In this document: positions 1-8,191 of the stretch, piece by piece | Numbering within the stretch: the stretch's first letter is position 1 | Layout: each line of letters starts with the position of its first letter | Virus record (IMG/VR): IMGVR_UViG_3300046059_000057 | Location: 1 to 51,430 of that record | Source of the DNA: a virus | Taxonomy: Duplodnaviria; Caudoviricetes | Reading direction: 5' to 3' (one strand) | Length of the DNA stretch: 51,430 nucleotides | Notes under the pieces: model-generated | Databases searched by the model: none | What the model was told of the DNA's origin: nothing | Seen by the model: only the letters and a program-made list of their open reading frames with translations | Translations under genes and position numbers: made by a program

Positions 1-1
1 C

Positions 2-55
2 GAAGAACGACAAGAACTGTTCAACGAAGCGGAAGACCGAGGACTCAAGCTATGA
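2..55 (+). CDS. Partial CDS (C-terminus, EERQELFNEAEDRGLKL*)
   Basis: Open acidic frame from the window edge; TGA overlaps the ATG at 52 (ATGA coupling). Confidence 0.5.
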   Translation, partial: EERQELFNEAEDRGLKL

Positions 56-438
56 GTTACGAAAATTCGATACTTAGTAGGCTTCCACCGTCGGTTCAGG
101 AATACGCTGTTTCCCACGATGAAATCGGTGTTAATGAAATGCCGACGGAGTCGATTAACTGGGGCTTGCACGGCGAAGGGGACGGTGTAGCCTACCATAT
201 CCACGAATTCTCCGATAAAGATGGTATTGAACACACGGTTTCTTTCTACGATGAAGGTGACCGGTCATTCGGTTACATTGACGTTCAATCGTTTGAATGT
301 CAAAACGTCGTAAAAACGCCGTTTAATAACAGAAAAGTACGGAACCCATGTCTTCAATTTCGTCTCTTGGAACCATCGACTATTGTAACCGTTGGCGTTA
401 GTACCGACGGTTTACCGGTGTTCATAATATCCGGTTAA
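52..438 (+). CDS. Hypothetical protein
   Basis: 128-aa acidic ORF ending just before hammerhead 1. Confidence 0.7.
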   Translation: MSYENSILSRLPPSVQEYAVSHDEIGVNEMPTESINWGLHGEGDGVAYHIHEFSDKDGIEHTVSFYDEGDRSFGYIDVQSFECQNVVKTPFNNRKVRNPCLQFRLLEPSTIVTVGVSTDGLPVFIISG

Positions 439-454
439 ATCCGGACTACCTCTC

Positions 455-537
455 GGTATTGCGCCATACCTCCCCCTCGGCGGTTATCCGGGGGCTAAGG
501 CGCCTGATGAGTCCGATTAGGGTCCGGACGAAATACT
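455..537 (+). ncRNA. Type III hammerhead ribozyme HH1
   Basis: Stem III GGTA/TACT; triplet AUU (cut after 460); stem I GCGCC/GGCGC; core CTGATGA 504-510; stem II GTCCG/CGGAC; GAAA 530-533. Confidence 0.92.
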
Positions 538-552
538 AAGGTGTAATGCCAC

Positions 553-1008
553 ATGAAAGCGCTATATGCTGACGTTAAACACGTCACAGACGCGATCGAG
601 AAGTTGAACGGGGCCGTAGACTTAAGCGGTGAAGACGGTAGAATCACCGTTTATCCATCGGGGCCAGTAATGCGGGGTATAACCCTCACGGAGGCGAGGA
701 AACGTAACCTCATTAAAACGTTGGACCAGTCCGTTTGCTCGGTGAAAACCGATGGTGTCCGATGGACGATGGTGTTTCACCAAAAGATAACCGACGGTAC
801 ATTCGAGTTACGACCGGTTGAATCCGGTGAACAGGCGACGAGGATTGAGGAAATCGCTCCCATGTTGAAACCGGTGGTTCAGTCGATCGAAGACGAGTTT
901 AACGTAATTTCGTGGGATTTCTGCGAAGTTTCCGCCGCGAGCATCGGTAGCAACGGGCACTTCGTGGACTTCGAATTTCGGTACGTTATTACTTCAACGG
1001 AGCTATGA
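553..1008 (+). CDS. Hypothetical protein
   Basis: 151-aa ORF starting 16 nt after HH1. Confidence 0.75.
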   Translation: MKALYADVKHVTDAIEKLNGAVDLSGEDGRITVYPSGPVMRGITLTEARKRNLIKTLDQSVCSVKTDGVRWTMVFHQKITDGTFELRPVESGEQATRIEEIAPMLKPVVQSIEDEFNVISWDFCEVSAASIGSNGHFVDFEFRYVITSTEL

Positions 1009-1160
1009 ACAACGTTACTCACAACTTTCGGTTAATCGATGGCAGGTACGTATGTCAAGCGGAAGAATGTAGCTACGATACGTTGAACCGATGGACGGCG
1101 GTAGAACATTTCGCCGAAGAAACCACCGGTCTCAAGGAACCGGTGGAAGTCGTAGAATAA
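1005..1160 (+). CDS. Small Cys/His protein (MNNVTHNFRLIDGRYVCQAEEC..., 51 aa)
   Basis: Manual translation; ATGA-coupled to the upstream ORF; stop just before HH2. Confidence 0.6.
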   Translation: MNNVTHNFRLIDGRYVCQAEECSYDTLNRWTAVEHFAEETTGLKEPVEVVE

Positions 1161-1172
1161 CCCGAAATATTC

Positions 1173-1255
1173 CTTGTTTAGCGCCAGACCTGCCCTTCGG
1201 TTTACCGAAGGTAAGGCGCCTGATGAAACGGGGTAGGGTCCCGTTGAAAAACAAG
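1173..1255 (+). ncRNA. Type III hammerhead ribozyme HH2
   Basis: Stem III CTTGTT/AACAAG; triplet UUA (cut after 1180); stem I GCGCC/GGCGC; CTGATGA 1220-1226; stem II AACGGG/CCCGTT; GAAA 1246-1249. Confidence 0.93.
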
Positions 1256-1256
1256 T

Positions 1257-1412
1257 ATGTTCCGAGAACACGACGGTAGATACCTTCGGTGTACGGGCTG
1301 CGGCGGTCTCGTGGCACGTCCCGAAGAGGCAAAGTCATACGACGAAACACCGAAAACTCATGAGTGCGTGGATTTCGATGAAACAGGCGGTGCGCCAACG
1401 AATTTAATGTAA
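1257..1412 (+). CDS. Small CxxC protein (MFREHDGRYLRCTGCGG..., 51 aa)
   Basis: Manual translation; ATG 2 nt after HH2; stop abuts the next ORF. Confidence 0.65.
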   Translation: MFREHDGRYLRCTGCGGLVARPEEAKSYDETPKTHECVDFDETGGAPTNLM

Positions 1413-1413
1413 G

Positions 1414-2277
1414 ATGTTACGGTACATCCTGAAATACGGTCGGTCGGTGTATAAATGGCTCTTCCGTCGGGAAACGGCGGGGGGTACGGAAGACGAAAGT
1501 AACAACGAGGAACCGACGACGGAATCACCGGAGGAAACAACGGATGAGCCGTCTAACAGTTCAGCCGTTGAAACTCCTGAACCGACGGCGGAACCACCGG
1601 AGGACGAAGAAACCGAAGAACCAACGGTTAACCGCTCTTCGGAGGAGTCTGTAAACGTTCCTTGGCCGCCGTTTGTGGGTGGTGACGTGTGCCCGTGGCC
1701 GGAGCCTCCCGAGGAACCGAAAAACGTCATCGAGATACGGTTATACTGGCGCTCAAAGTCCACGGAGACCGCTTGTCATCAAGCGGTTAAATACGTCGAA
1801 TACTGCCTTCTCGACGCGTTTTCCGATCAGGGATATGACGTTGATGTTTCCGTTCATTCAGAGCCTATACCGGTGGGAGTCGACTTTTCATCGTGGTACT
1901 GGACGCTTGATGATATGGCTAAGGATGCGAATATCGCTTTTCATCCATACGGTAGTGTCTACGGTGCCGCCGGTGGATACGGCGGTTGGATGGACCCATC
2001 GTTCTTCGAGGGATGGGGCCGTGACCCGGGGGACCGTATCAAGAACGTCGGCGGTGATGGGGATTTCAACGGTCCAACCGCCGGTATTGTAACTCTATTA
2101 CATGAAATCGGTCATTGCCTCGGTTTATCGCATCTTGACCGGGTCGGGAACGAAGTTGAAGCGTACGGTAATGACTATACAACACCGATGAACGCGGGTT
2201 ACTCAAATACAACGAGAACCCGGTACATCTACGAGTATCACCCGTCGATTAAAAACCGGAAGCCTAAGGTACAATGA
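1414..2277 (+). CDS. Metzincin-type zinc metalloprotease with Glu/Pro/Thr-rich N-terminal linker
   Basis: HEIGHCLGLSH (HExxHxxGxxH) followed by a Met-turn-like TPMN. Confidence 0.75.
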   Translation: MLRYILKYGRSVYKWLFRRETAGGTEDESNNEEPTTESPEETTDEPSNSSAVETPEPTAEPPEDEETEEPTVNRSSEESVNVPWPPFVGGDVCPWPEPPEEPKNVIEIRLYWRSKSTETACHQAVKYVEYCLLDAFSDQGYDVDVSVHSEPIPVGVDFSSWYWTLDDMAKDANIAFHPYGSVYGAAGGYGGWMDPSFFEGWGRDPGDRIKNVGGDGDFNGPTAGIVTLLHEIGHCLGLSHLDRVGNEVEAYGNDYTTPMNAGYSNTTRTRYIYEYHPSIKNRKPKVQ

Positions 2278-2423
2278 TGTCGAAATGTCCGACTTGTGGT
2301 GACACGAACGCCGTACAATATGACGTAGACACGTACGAATGTCGTAGCTGCCGTACGCCCTTAAGAACCGACTGGTTAACGAACGACTGGACGTTACATG
2401 ACGATTATGAAACGTCAATGTGA
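2274..2423 (+). CDS. Zinc-finger microprotein (CPTC...CRSC, 49 aa)
   Basis: Manual translation; two CxxC pairs; ATGA coupling. Confidence 0.65.
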   Translation: MMSKCPTCGDTNAVQYDVDTYECRSCRTPLRTDWLTNDWTLHDDYETSM

Positions 2424-2523
2424 GGGATATTGTAACGGAATGGTAAAACTATCGGAGATTTATACGTTAAGCACCGGTGAACGCGTTTGCCCGAAATGTT
2501 ATCGTGAAGCGGTGAATCGTTGA
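2407..2523 (+). CDS. Zinc-finger microprotein (CEGYC...CPKC, 38 aa)
   Basis: Manual translation; four Cys; ends before a T-tract and HH3. Confidence 0.55.
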   Translation: MKRQCEGYCNGMVKLSEIYTLSTGERVCPKCYREAVNR

Positions 2524-2546
2524 ATCAATACCTTTTTTCCGTCGTT

Positions 2547-2624
2547 GTATCGCACCATACCTGCCCTCCGGTTTACCGGAGGCTAAGGTGCCTGACGAAA
2601 CGGGGTAGGGTCCCGTAGAAATAC
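2547..2624 (+). ncRNA. Type III hammerhead ribozyme HH3
   Basis: Stem III GTA/TAC; triplet AUC (cut after 2551); stem I GCACC/GGTGC; core CTGACGA 2592-2598; stem II ACGGG/CCCGT with a basal A-A mismatch; GAAA 2618-2621. Confidence 0.88.
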
Positions 2625-2628
2625 CACC

Positions 2629-2802
2629 ATGAAATCCGAAACACGGACGTTTGAACTGGAAAAGGTAACGAAGAACACGTTCCGGTACGAAGAAGCCACC
2701 GATGGCGTTCCACCGGCGTTTGGCAAGATTTACGTTCAGAAGTGGTTAATCGACGACGAACCGCCGGATGAGCTGTCAGTAACGGTTGAGACGAAGGAAT
2801 AA
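2629..2802 (+). CDS. Small protein (MKSETRTFELEKVTKNTFRYEE..., 57 aa)
   Basis: Manual translation; sole ORF between HH3 and HH4. Confidence 0.75.
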   Translation: MKSETRTFELEKVTKNTFRYEEATDGVPPAFGKIYVQKWLIDDEPPDELSVTVETKE

Positions 2803-2810
2803 CGGTCTAA

Positions 2811-2891
2811 CCTCCGTTATTGCGGTATACCTGATTTATAAACGTAAAACCGCCTGATGAGTCCGGGTAGGGTCCGGACGAAATACCGAGG
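2811..2891 (+). ncRNA. Type III hammerhead ribozyme HH4
   Basis: Triplet AUU (cut after 2821); stem I GCGGT/ACCGC; CTGATGA 2854-2860; stem II GTCCGG/CCGGAC; GAAA 2880-2883; stem III interrupted (TA/TA plus CCTC/GAGG). Confidence 0.88.
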
Positions 2892-2901
2892 TAATACCCA
2901 C

Positions 2902-3447
2902 ATGAATCCAACAGTAACCGTAATCGACGAAGGCGTTAGAACGGAGTATGAATTAATTCAAGCGATTAACGAAGGTGTTAGTATACCGACGGTTAAGTCG
3001 CTTCTTGACGTTCAAACAGCGCTCGACGAGGAAATGCTGGTTTCATCCGTTGACCGGAATAGTCATGTCGCCGAGAGAGCGGTGGAAGAAAACGTGTTCG
3101 CCGGTCAAATAATTTTACCGGGTTGGTTCGTTAACAATGACGCTGAACTGTCGGATAAATACGGCGAGATGCATCCCGGAGCCCGACTGACCATCGAAGG
3201 CCTCGTTGAGGATTATTCAGAGCCATCGTGGCGTGTAGTCGCCAGTAGAGACGTTGAACTACCGGGCCTTATCTTTGAGTACGAATGGACTTTCCTCCCG
3301 AAATCCGTTGTTACACTCATCCGCTTAGACGGTATCGGGGATATGGTAACGGCGGATAGAGTAAGTGAAGCGATCAACCGGTACCGACGTAATAAAACCG
3401 ATGAGTGGGCGGATATAACGTGGCAGGAGATGCTCGAAGCTTTATGA
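2902..3447 (+). CDS. Hypothetical protein
   Basis: Start moved from 2857 (an ATG inside the hammerhead core) to 2902, downstream of a GAGGT SD. Confidence 0.75.
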   Translation: MNPTVTVIDEGVRTEYELIQAINEGVSIPTVKSLLDVQTALDEEMLVSSVDRNSHVAERAVEENVFAGQIILPGWFVNNDAELSDKYGEMHPGARLTIEGLVEDYSEPSWRVVASRDVELPGLIFEYEWTFLPKSVVTLIRLDGIGDMVTADRVSEAINRYRRNKTDEWADITWQEMLEAL

Positions 3448-3587
3448 CGACGGAAACCCGGAGGTATGAATGCGGGAATTGTGATGGAACGTTAACCCGG
3501 GAAACCGTTGGTGAGCATTTCACGTGCGAGGATTGTGGCATCGTTGTAGCACCGGAATACGCCGAACAAGGTAGGAGGATACGATGA
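3444..3587 (+). CDS. Zinc-ribbon microprotein (CGNC...CEDC)
   Basis: TFIIB-like zinc-ribbon Cys spacing; ATGA coupling. Confidence 0.65.
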   Translation: MTTETRRYECGNCDGTLTRETVGEHFTCEDCGIVVAPEYAEQGRRIR

Positions 3588-3609
3588 TTAGTACGGTGGA
3601 GCATAACAC

Positions 3610-3708
3610 ATGAGCGACTTAATAACGGATTGTCCGGAGTGCGAACGTAAGAATAATCGGTTCGTTAATCCGGTTCGTTGTTATTACTGTGGCACGAAAT
3701 TCCGATGA
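3610..3708 (+). CDS. Zinc-finger microprotein (CPEC...CYYC, 32 aa)
   Basis: Manual translation; two CxxC pairs; overlaps the next ATG. Confidence 0.55.
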   Translation: MSDLITDCPECERKNNRFVNPVRCYYCGTKFR

Positions 3709-4010
3709 CTGCTCAACGAAAATTGGGTGACTATTCCGATAGTACCGAACTTGAAACTACGGAAGACCGTGGTATTCGGAGAACCGCTATTGCTTTACGT
3801 GAAGCACCGGATAACGCTGAACCTAATAATCCGTTATCTTGTCCGTGGTGCCTCGCGTCACCCGACGGTTTCAAAGTCACAACGAACGACGACGTAATAG
3901 GTAAATACCCGAAGCCGGATGAGCGGCTTGTATCGTGTGGGAACTGTAACGCCTGTATCCCGACGGAGGCAGACTGGTACCTCCGGGGACGTAAAATATG
4001 TCTGAGTTGA
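3705..4010 (+). CDS. Zinc-finger protein (CPWC...CGNC)
   Basis: Two CxxC pairs; start at ATG 3705. Confidence 0.7.
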   Translation: MTAQRKLGDYSDSTELETTEDRGIRRTAIALREAPDNAEPNNPLSCPWCLASPDGFKVTTNDDVIGKYPKPDERLVSCGNCNACIPTEADWYLRGRKICLS

Positions 4011-4396
4011 CAATCACGACGGTTAATTCGGTTGAACGTCGGTTATTACCGATTTTGGATGATTACAAGTCCTTTAAAGCCGAATATCGTACGGCGGAAG
4101 CGGTAATACAACCGGTTGACGGTGAACTACGTGTGCCATACGTTGCACGACGGAATCCCGGTGATTTCAAGGCTCTGATGGACGTTTTAACCGACGAATT
4201 GAATCACACGAGGTTTCGGTTTATCGGTACAAGCGTCCCTCCTTCGGAGGTATTCACGAAAATCGGCCCTTCCGACGCGAGGACTATCCATGAGGCGGTT
4301 AATGGATTTACCGAAGAAACGCTACGAGAGTACGTTAACGATCGAGGGGACATAGAACCGGTGGAAACGCTGGTTGGCGATTGGAAGCCCGATTGA
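3998..4396 (+). CDS. Hypothetical protein
   Basis: 132-aa ORF ending a few nt before HH5. Confidence 0.75.
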   Translation: MSELTITTVNSVERRLLPILDDYKSFKAEYRTAEAVIQPVDGELRVPYVARRNPGDFKALMDVLTDELNHTRFRFIGTSVPPSEVFTKIGPSDARTIHEAVNGFTEETLREYVNDRGDIEPVETLVGDWKPD

Positions 4397-4400
4397 GCGT

Positions 4401-4480
4401 TTTGTAGCACCATACCTGCCCTCCGGTTTACCGGAGGCTAAGGTGCCTGACGAACCGTAGTAGGGTTACGGTGAAACAAG
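4401..4480 (+). ncRNA. Type III hammerhead ribozyme HH5
   Basis: Stem III TTG/CAA; triplet GUA (cut after 4406); stem I GCACC/GGTGC; CTGACGA 4447-4453; stem II ACCGTA/TACGGT; GAAA 4473-4476. Confidence 0.92.
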
Positions 4481-4494
4481 GAGACGATAAACCG

Positions 4495-4740
4495 ATGGAG
4501 AATAAGGTAACTGGTTCGATAATCGGAGAATTGATACTCGGTGAGTTGTACGATTGGCACGTCGGTATCTGTCGTGTCAAGTACGACGGCGGTAACACCG
4601 CTGATATCGTGGTTTACGACGAGAATGACCACGTACTCAAACGGTTGGATATCGAGGAATACACCGATGACGCGATACATCTGGATGCTATTGCCGATAC
4701 CGTTAATGCAACGGTTCAACGGGAAATGGAACGGTTATAG
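4495..4740 (+). CDS. Hypothetical protein
   Basis: ATG after an AGGAG SD; the ORF-track start at 4471 lies inside HH5. Confidence 0.7.
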   Translation: MENKVTGSIIGELILGELYDWHVGICRVKYDGGNTADIVVYDENDHVLKRLDIEEYTDDAIHLDAIADTVNATVQREMERL

Positions 4741-4741
4741 C

Positions 4742-4975
4742 ATGGAGTGGAAACGGAAATCCGAGGTCTCCGAGATGTATTGTGCGGTTCATAACGTTGA
4801 TTGTTCGTTGCACCGGCATCCCGAAGACCCGTGGGTGTTAGCACTCGATCCCACGAAGATACCGGATGCGTGGATATGCCCAAAGAGCGTACAAGAAATC
4901 GCAGTATTCGGGGAGCAAGCGGATTTACGTGTCGAGAGGAATCGTGATACGAATAACCCGAATCTACCGCCATGA
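4742..4975 (+). CDS. Hypothetical Cys/His protein
   Basis: MEWKRKSEVSEMYCAVH...; starts 1 nt after the previous stop. Confidence 0.6.
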   Translation: MEWKRKSEVSEMYCAVHNVDCSLHRHPEDPWVLALDPTKIPDAWICPKSVQEIAVFGEQADLRVERNRDTNNPNLPP

Positions 4976-5103
4976 TAACGGTTACAACGATTTATAAGGT
5001 CAAGACACCGGATGGCACCGTTTATCAGACAACCGATGCTGAAACTGCGGGTACGGAATCCCGTAGAGGCGGTTACGTTACAGCGGTGGTAACCGATGCC
5101 TGA
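4972..5103 (+). CDS. Small hypothetical protein (43 aa)
   Basis: Manual translation MITVTTIYKVKTPDG...; ATGA coupling. Confidence 0.55.
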   Translation: MITVTTIYKVKTPDGTVYQTTDAETAGTESRRGGYVTAVVTDA

Positions 5104-5221
5104 ATCAATCCTACGGGAAAACGACGAATGTCCGGCGTGTAAGAAACCCGGGGAAACCGGTGAAGCGTGGTTACTATGCACTACCTTTCAATGCAGAGTG
5201 GTAAACTACGAAGAACGGTGA
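5096..5221 (+). CDS. Zinc-finger microprotein (CPAC...CTTFQC, 41 aa)
   Basis: Manual translation; four Cys; overlaps the upstream stop. Confidence 0.6.
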   Translation: MPESILRENDECPACKKPGETGEAWLLCTTFQCRVVNYEER

Positions 5222-5226
5222 GCGGC

Positions 5227-5394
5227 GGATTCTACGTGCGTATGTCGGTAAGCCTCAAGTCCCCCGAAATAAGCGAACGTTCTTACGTTCGTAATAACCG
5301 CTCGACGTACGGTTACTTGAACGTAGACCTTGGGGGTTTGACCGGCTTCGGGGGTAGGGGTTATCGACGCCAGAATCCAATCCCGGACGTTCAA
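5227..5394 (+). ncRNA. Putative multi-stem structured RNA of unknown class
   Basis: Nested pairings GGATTCT/AGAATCC, GTCGGTAA/TTATCGAC, CCCCCGAA/TTCGGGGG plus internal hairpins. Confidence 0.5.
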
Positions 5395-5468
5395 TTAAAC
5401 GCCGTTCAAGGGTACAGTAAACCGAATAACCGTTGGTATTCAATCCAACGAACCACCGTACGTTAAAC

Positions 5469-6491
5469 ATGAAACAGTACGAATTTCATTCGACCGAGGG
5501 GTACGATAAGTTTACAAACGCCGGAGAAACGCCATTGGCGGAGGCCAAACGCCATTCCGTGTACGCGGATAGGGCACACGCTTTTAACGAAGAACCGAAG
5601 GGCAGAAAACACTACGCTGAACTTGAAACGAAATCCGCTGTGTTCAACGATAGAGACGACGAATTGGCGTATGTGAGTTCCGATATTTACGACTTGATTC
5701 AGCATCACGAGGTATTTGACGCCGTTAAAACCGCTGTCGATGCGACTGTGGGCGAAATCGATTTCGGTATGATACGCGATTACGGGGCCAGAGTTGACGG
5801 GGTCGTTGTCTTCGGGAATCAGTCGGAGGCTAACATCGATATGCGTGAGTTACTCGGTGATTCGTATATACCTCCGGAAGGTCGACCGGATACTGACCCA
5901 ACAGCAGAGGATTCAAGATGGCGTGATAGCGTTGGCTTGGGTATGAGATTCCGGAATTCGTTTGACGGGGACACGAAAATCGGCGGTAGTACGATGGGAT
6001 ACCGGTACATCTGCCAGAATTGGCTTGTGTGGGATGAAGCGGAAATCGGGTCCGTTGAACGGTCGCATACGCGTTCTCGTGACGCCGAAGATGGCATTGA
6101 ACCCGATTTCTTCGTCGATATTATAACTGACGTGTTTGAGGTTCGTGAACAGGTAGAATCGCTGTTAACCGAGGCAGCGGAGACAGAGGTTCCATTAACG
6201 TGGGTACCCGGTGTTTTAGAGCAAAACAATTTCGGAGAGAACTACCAGAAACGAATAACCGGTCGGGTACTCGCTCAAGACTCCGGAAGTCGGTCGGAGG
6301 ACGAAACGTCAATGTGGAACGTTTATAATGCTACAACGGCGGAGCTTGATCGGAATACCGCTGAATCCTCCGGTAAAACGTATGACTATTATCAGTCGTA
6401 TGCTTGGGGTATGCTTGATTCGGAGATCGGTGAAATCGAAGAACCGACGGAGGATATGAGTGAGTTACGGGATTTCGCTATAGCTCCGTAA
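5469..6491 (+). CDS. DUF932/DUF945-like mobile-element protein
   Basis: RNSFDG...GYRYICQN pattern typical of this family; ATG at 5469. Confidence 0.65.
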   Translation: MKQYEFHSTEGYDKFTNAGETPLAEAKRHSVYADRAHAFNEEPKGRKHYAELETKSAVFNDRDDELAYVSSDIYDLIQHHEVFDAVKTAVDATVGEIDFGMIRDYGARVDGVVVFGNQSEANIDMRELLGDSYIPPEGRPDTDPTAEDSRWRDSVGLGMRFRNSFDGDTKIGGSTMGYRYICQNWLVWDEAEIGSVERSHTRSRDAEDGIEPDFFVDIITDVFEVREQVESLLTEAAETEVPLTWVPGVLEQNNFGENYQKRITGRVLAQDSGSRSEDETSMWNVYNATTAELDRNTAESSGKTYDYYQSYAWGMLDSEIGEIEEPTEDMSELRDFAIAP

Positions 6492-6511
6492 AAACGGAAC
6501 CCCGTTATTTG

Positions 6512-6568
6512 CCGTCGTTCCATACCTTAAGGAACCTGATGAACCGGGGTAGGGTCCCGGTGAAACGG
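6512..6568 (+). ncRNA. Type III hammerhead ribozyme HH6 (minimal, 57 nt)
   Basis: Stem III CCG/CGG; triplet GUC (cut after 6516); stem I GTTCC/GGAAC; CTGATGA 6536-6542; stem II ACCGGG/CCCGGT; GAAA 6562-6565. Confidence 0.95.
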
Positions 6569-6575
6569 AGGTACT

Positions 6576-6809
6576 ATGGAAATACAACGGTTATACCGCG
6601 ACAACGAGCTCGATGAAACGACGGTTAGAATCGTAGGCCACCGCTCTAAGGAAATGTTAGACGGAATACACGCCATAACCGATGAATCATCGGTTGAACG
6701 TAATGTGTATGCTTCGTCGGAAACCACGAAGATAGCCTATAAGAAACCGGTTGAAGCGAACGTTGAGAAAACCGAAGAAGGAAACGTTCTCCGGATACAT
6801 GACCGGTGA
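6576..6809 (+). CDS. Hypothetical protein
   Basis: ATG after a GGAGGT SD that overlaps the HH6 3' end. Confidence 0.75.
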   Translation: MEIQRLYRDNELDETTVRIVGHRSKEMLDGIHAITDESSVERNVYASSETTKIAYKKPVEANVEKTEEGNVLRIHDR

Positions 6810-7200
6810 TAGATTCGACGCTTGGATGAATCAAGCGGAGGAGAATACCGATAAGTGGGGCGTTCAACCGCCGGCTGACGTCGTTCTCGCTATCATGGAG
6901 GAACTCGCGGAGGTTACCGAAGAAATACTTTATACCTCCGAAATACCGTCGGGCCAACGGGATATGGATGAACCGGTGTTAATGAGTTACATCGTTGAGA
7001 TAGCGGTTCTTGGAACGGAAATCCGTGAAGAGCTCGAAAACCAATATGAAGACGAAAACGGTCGGCCTATCCCGGAACATGAACGGCCAACCGTACTCGG
7101 AAGAATAAACGACCCTAAAGCAGTTGACCGTGAGCTGGATGACCTCGGTCCATTAGTCGTTCAGCTTGCGGAAAGTATTGACGAATACTCGAAGGAATAA
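6799..7200 (+). CDS. MazG-like all-alpha NTP pyrophosphatase-fold protein (tentative)
   Basis: WG.Q...MEELAEV..E and ELDDL acidic motifs. Confidence 0.45.
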   Translation: MTGDRFDAWMNQAEENTDKWGVQPPADVVLAIMEELAEVTEEILYTSEIPSGQRDMDEPVLMSYIVEIAVLGTEIREELENQYEDENGRPIPEHERPTVLGRINDPKAVDRELDDLGPLVVQLAESIDEYSKE

Positions 7201-7203
7201 CGT

Positions 7204-7350
7204 ATGGTACAACGGAACGCGAAAAAGACGGCTACAGGCAACTTCGTCGTCGAATGCCCGTCATGCGGGCAAACGATACAATTGACGGGTAGCCCGTGTG
7301 ATTTCTGCGGAGAACCGTACAGTATAACCGTCGAGTTCCCGGGGGTATGA
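7204..7350 (+). CDS. Zinc-finger microprotein (CPSC...CDFC, 48 aa)
   Basis: Manual translation; CPxCG motif. Confidence 0.65.
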   Translation: MVQRNAKKTATGNFVVECPSCGQTIQLTGSPCDFCGEPYSITVEFPGV

Positions 7351-7413
7351 CCCCTCCGCCGTTAGCCGACGGTTGAACCGCTCTACGAGCGAGGGTACGA
7401 AATACCGATGGTG

Positions 7414-7498
7414 TCTGTCTTCCGTCGCCCAGCCAACGGCTAACCGTCGTTAAGGGCCTGATGAGTTCGGTGTGGCGACCGGTGAAACGAAAGACGGG
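7414..7498 (+). ncRNA. Type III hammerhead ribozyme HH7 (divergent)
   Basis: Long stem III TCTGTCTTCCG/CGAAAGACGGG; triplet GUC (cut after 7426); stem I GCCC/GGGC; CTGATGA 7458-7464; GAAA 7484-7487. Confidence 0.85.
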
Positions 7499-7556
7499 TT
7501 CAAGGGCGCCAGAACTGGCGCCGGGTGAGCGTTTACCGCCGCGGTACTTAAAGATT

Positions 7557-7718
7557 ATGACAAGGTACGAACCAAAAACCGCCGTATTGAAATGCGGTGG
7601 TAGAGACAGGGGTAACGTTGAAATCCCGGATGACGGGATTATAGTGGAGAGGCGAGCCGTCGGAGGTTTAGCCGCTGAAAAGGTCGTTATTACGTGGTTA
7701 CACCCAATTGATACATGA
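7557..7718 (+). CDS. Small hypothetical protein
   Basis: MTRYEPKTAVLKC...; the ORF-track start at 7461 is inside HH7. Confidence 0.55.
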   Translation: MTRYEPKTAVLKCGGRDRGNVEIPDDGIIVERRAVGGLAAEKVVITWLHPIDT

Positions 7719-8191
7719 ACGTCTTTTGGCTTGACTCCGATTACGATACGGCTGCCCGATGTATGATTGACTCCCACGTCGGTTCTAAGATGATTGTTGA
7801 AGCCGCTCAAATCATCGGTGAAGCGCTTCAAGCCAACGGTTTCAAGCAACCGTTCCTAAGGTCCGGGTACCCGTCTCACCCATTAGTAAAGTGGGCGGCG
7901 GAGTCGTCGGAGAACGTTCGTACCGTTGGACTAATGGCTTCAGCGATGTATCGTGAGAAGAAGCATAGATACGGCGGGGGCCACAAGTCATACGAAGAAG
8001 GAATTGAACCGATCGATTTCCGTAGTATTGAGTACGGTGGTGCGTACACGGAGCCGCCGAAATGCATGGACGATAAATACGTTCATTCCGACTTAGTACC
8101 GTCGTACCGTCACTATTACGCTTGCGAGAAAACGGTAGGAGCAAGCTGGACGGACCGATCGGAACCTGATTGGATAGAATCATGGCGCTAA
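7715..8191 (+). CDS. Pyrimidine-dimer DNA glycosylase / endonuclease V-like protein
   Basis: MNVFWLD..AA...D.HV.KMIVEAAQ...HP..KWA pattern of the DenV/Pyr_excise-related family. Confidence 0.7.
   Translation: MNVFWLDSDYDTAARCMIDSHVGSKMIVEAAQIIGEALQANGFKQPFLRSGYPSHPLVKWAAESSENVRTVGLMASAMYREKKHRYGGGHKSYEEGIEPIDFRSIEYGGAYTEPPKCMDDKYVHSDLVPSYRHYYACEKTVGASWTDRSEPDWIESWR

Noticed and set aside
2857-7718. ORF-track starts at 2857, 4471 and 7461
   Set aside because: These codons lie inside ribozyme cores; downstream ATGs (2902, 4495, 7557) fit better
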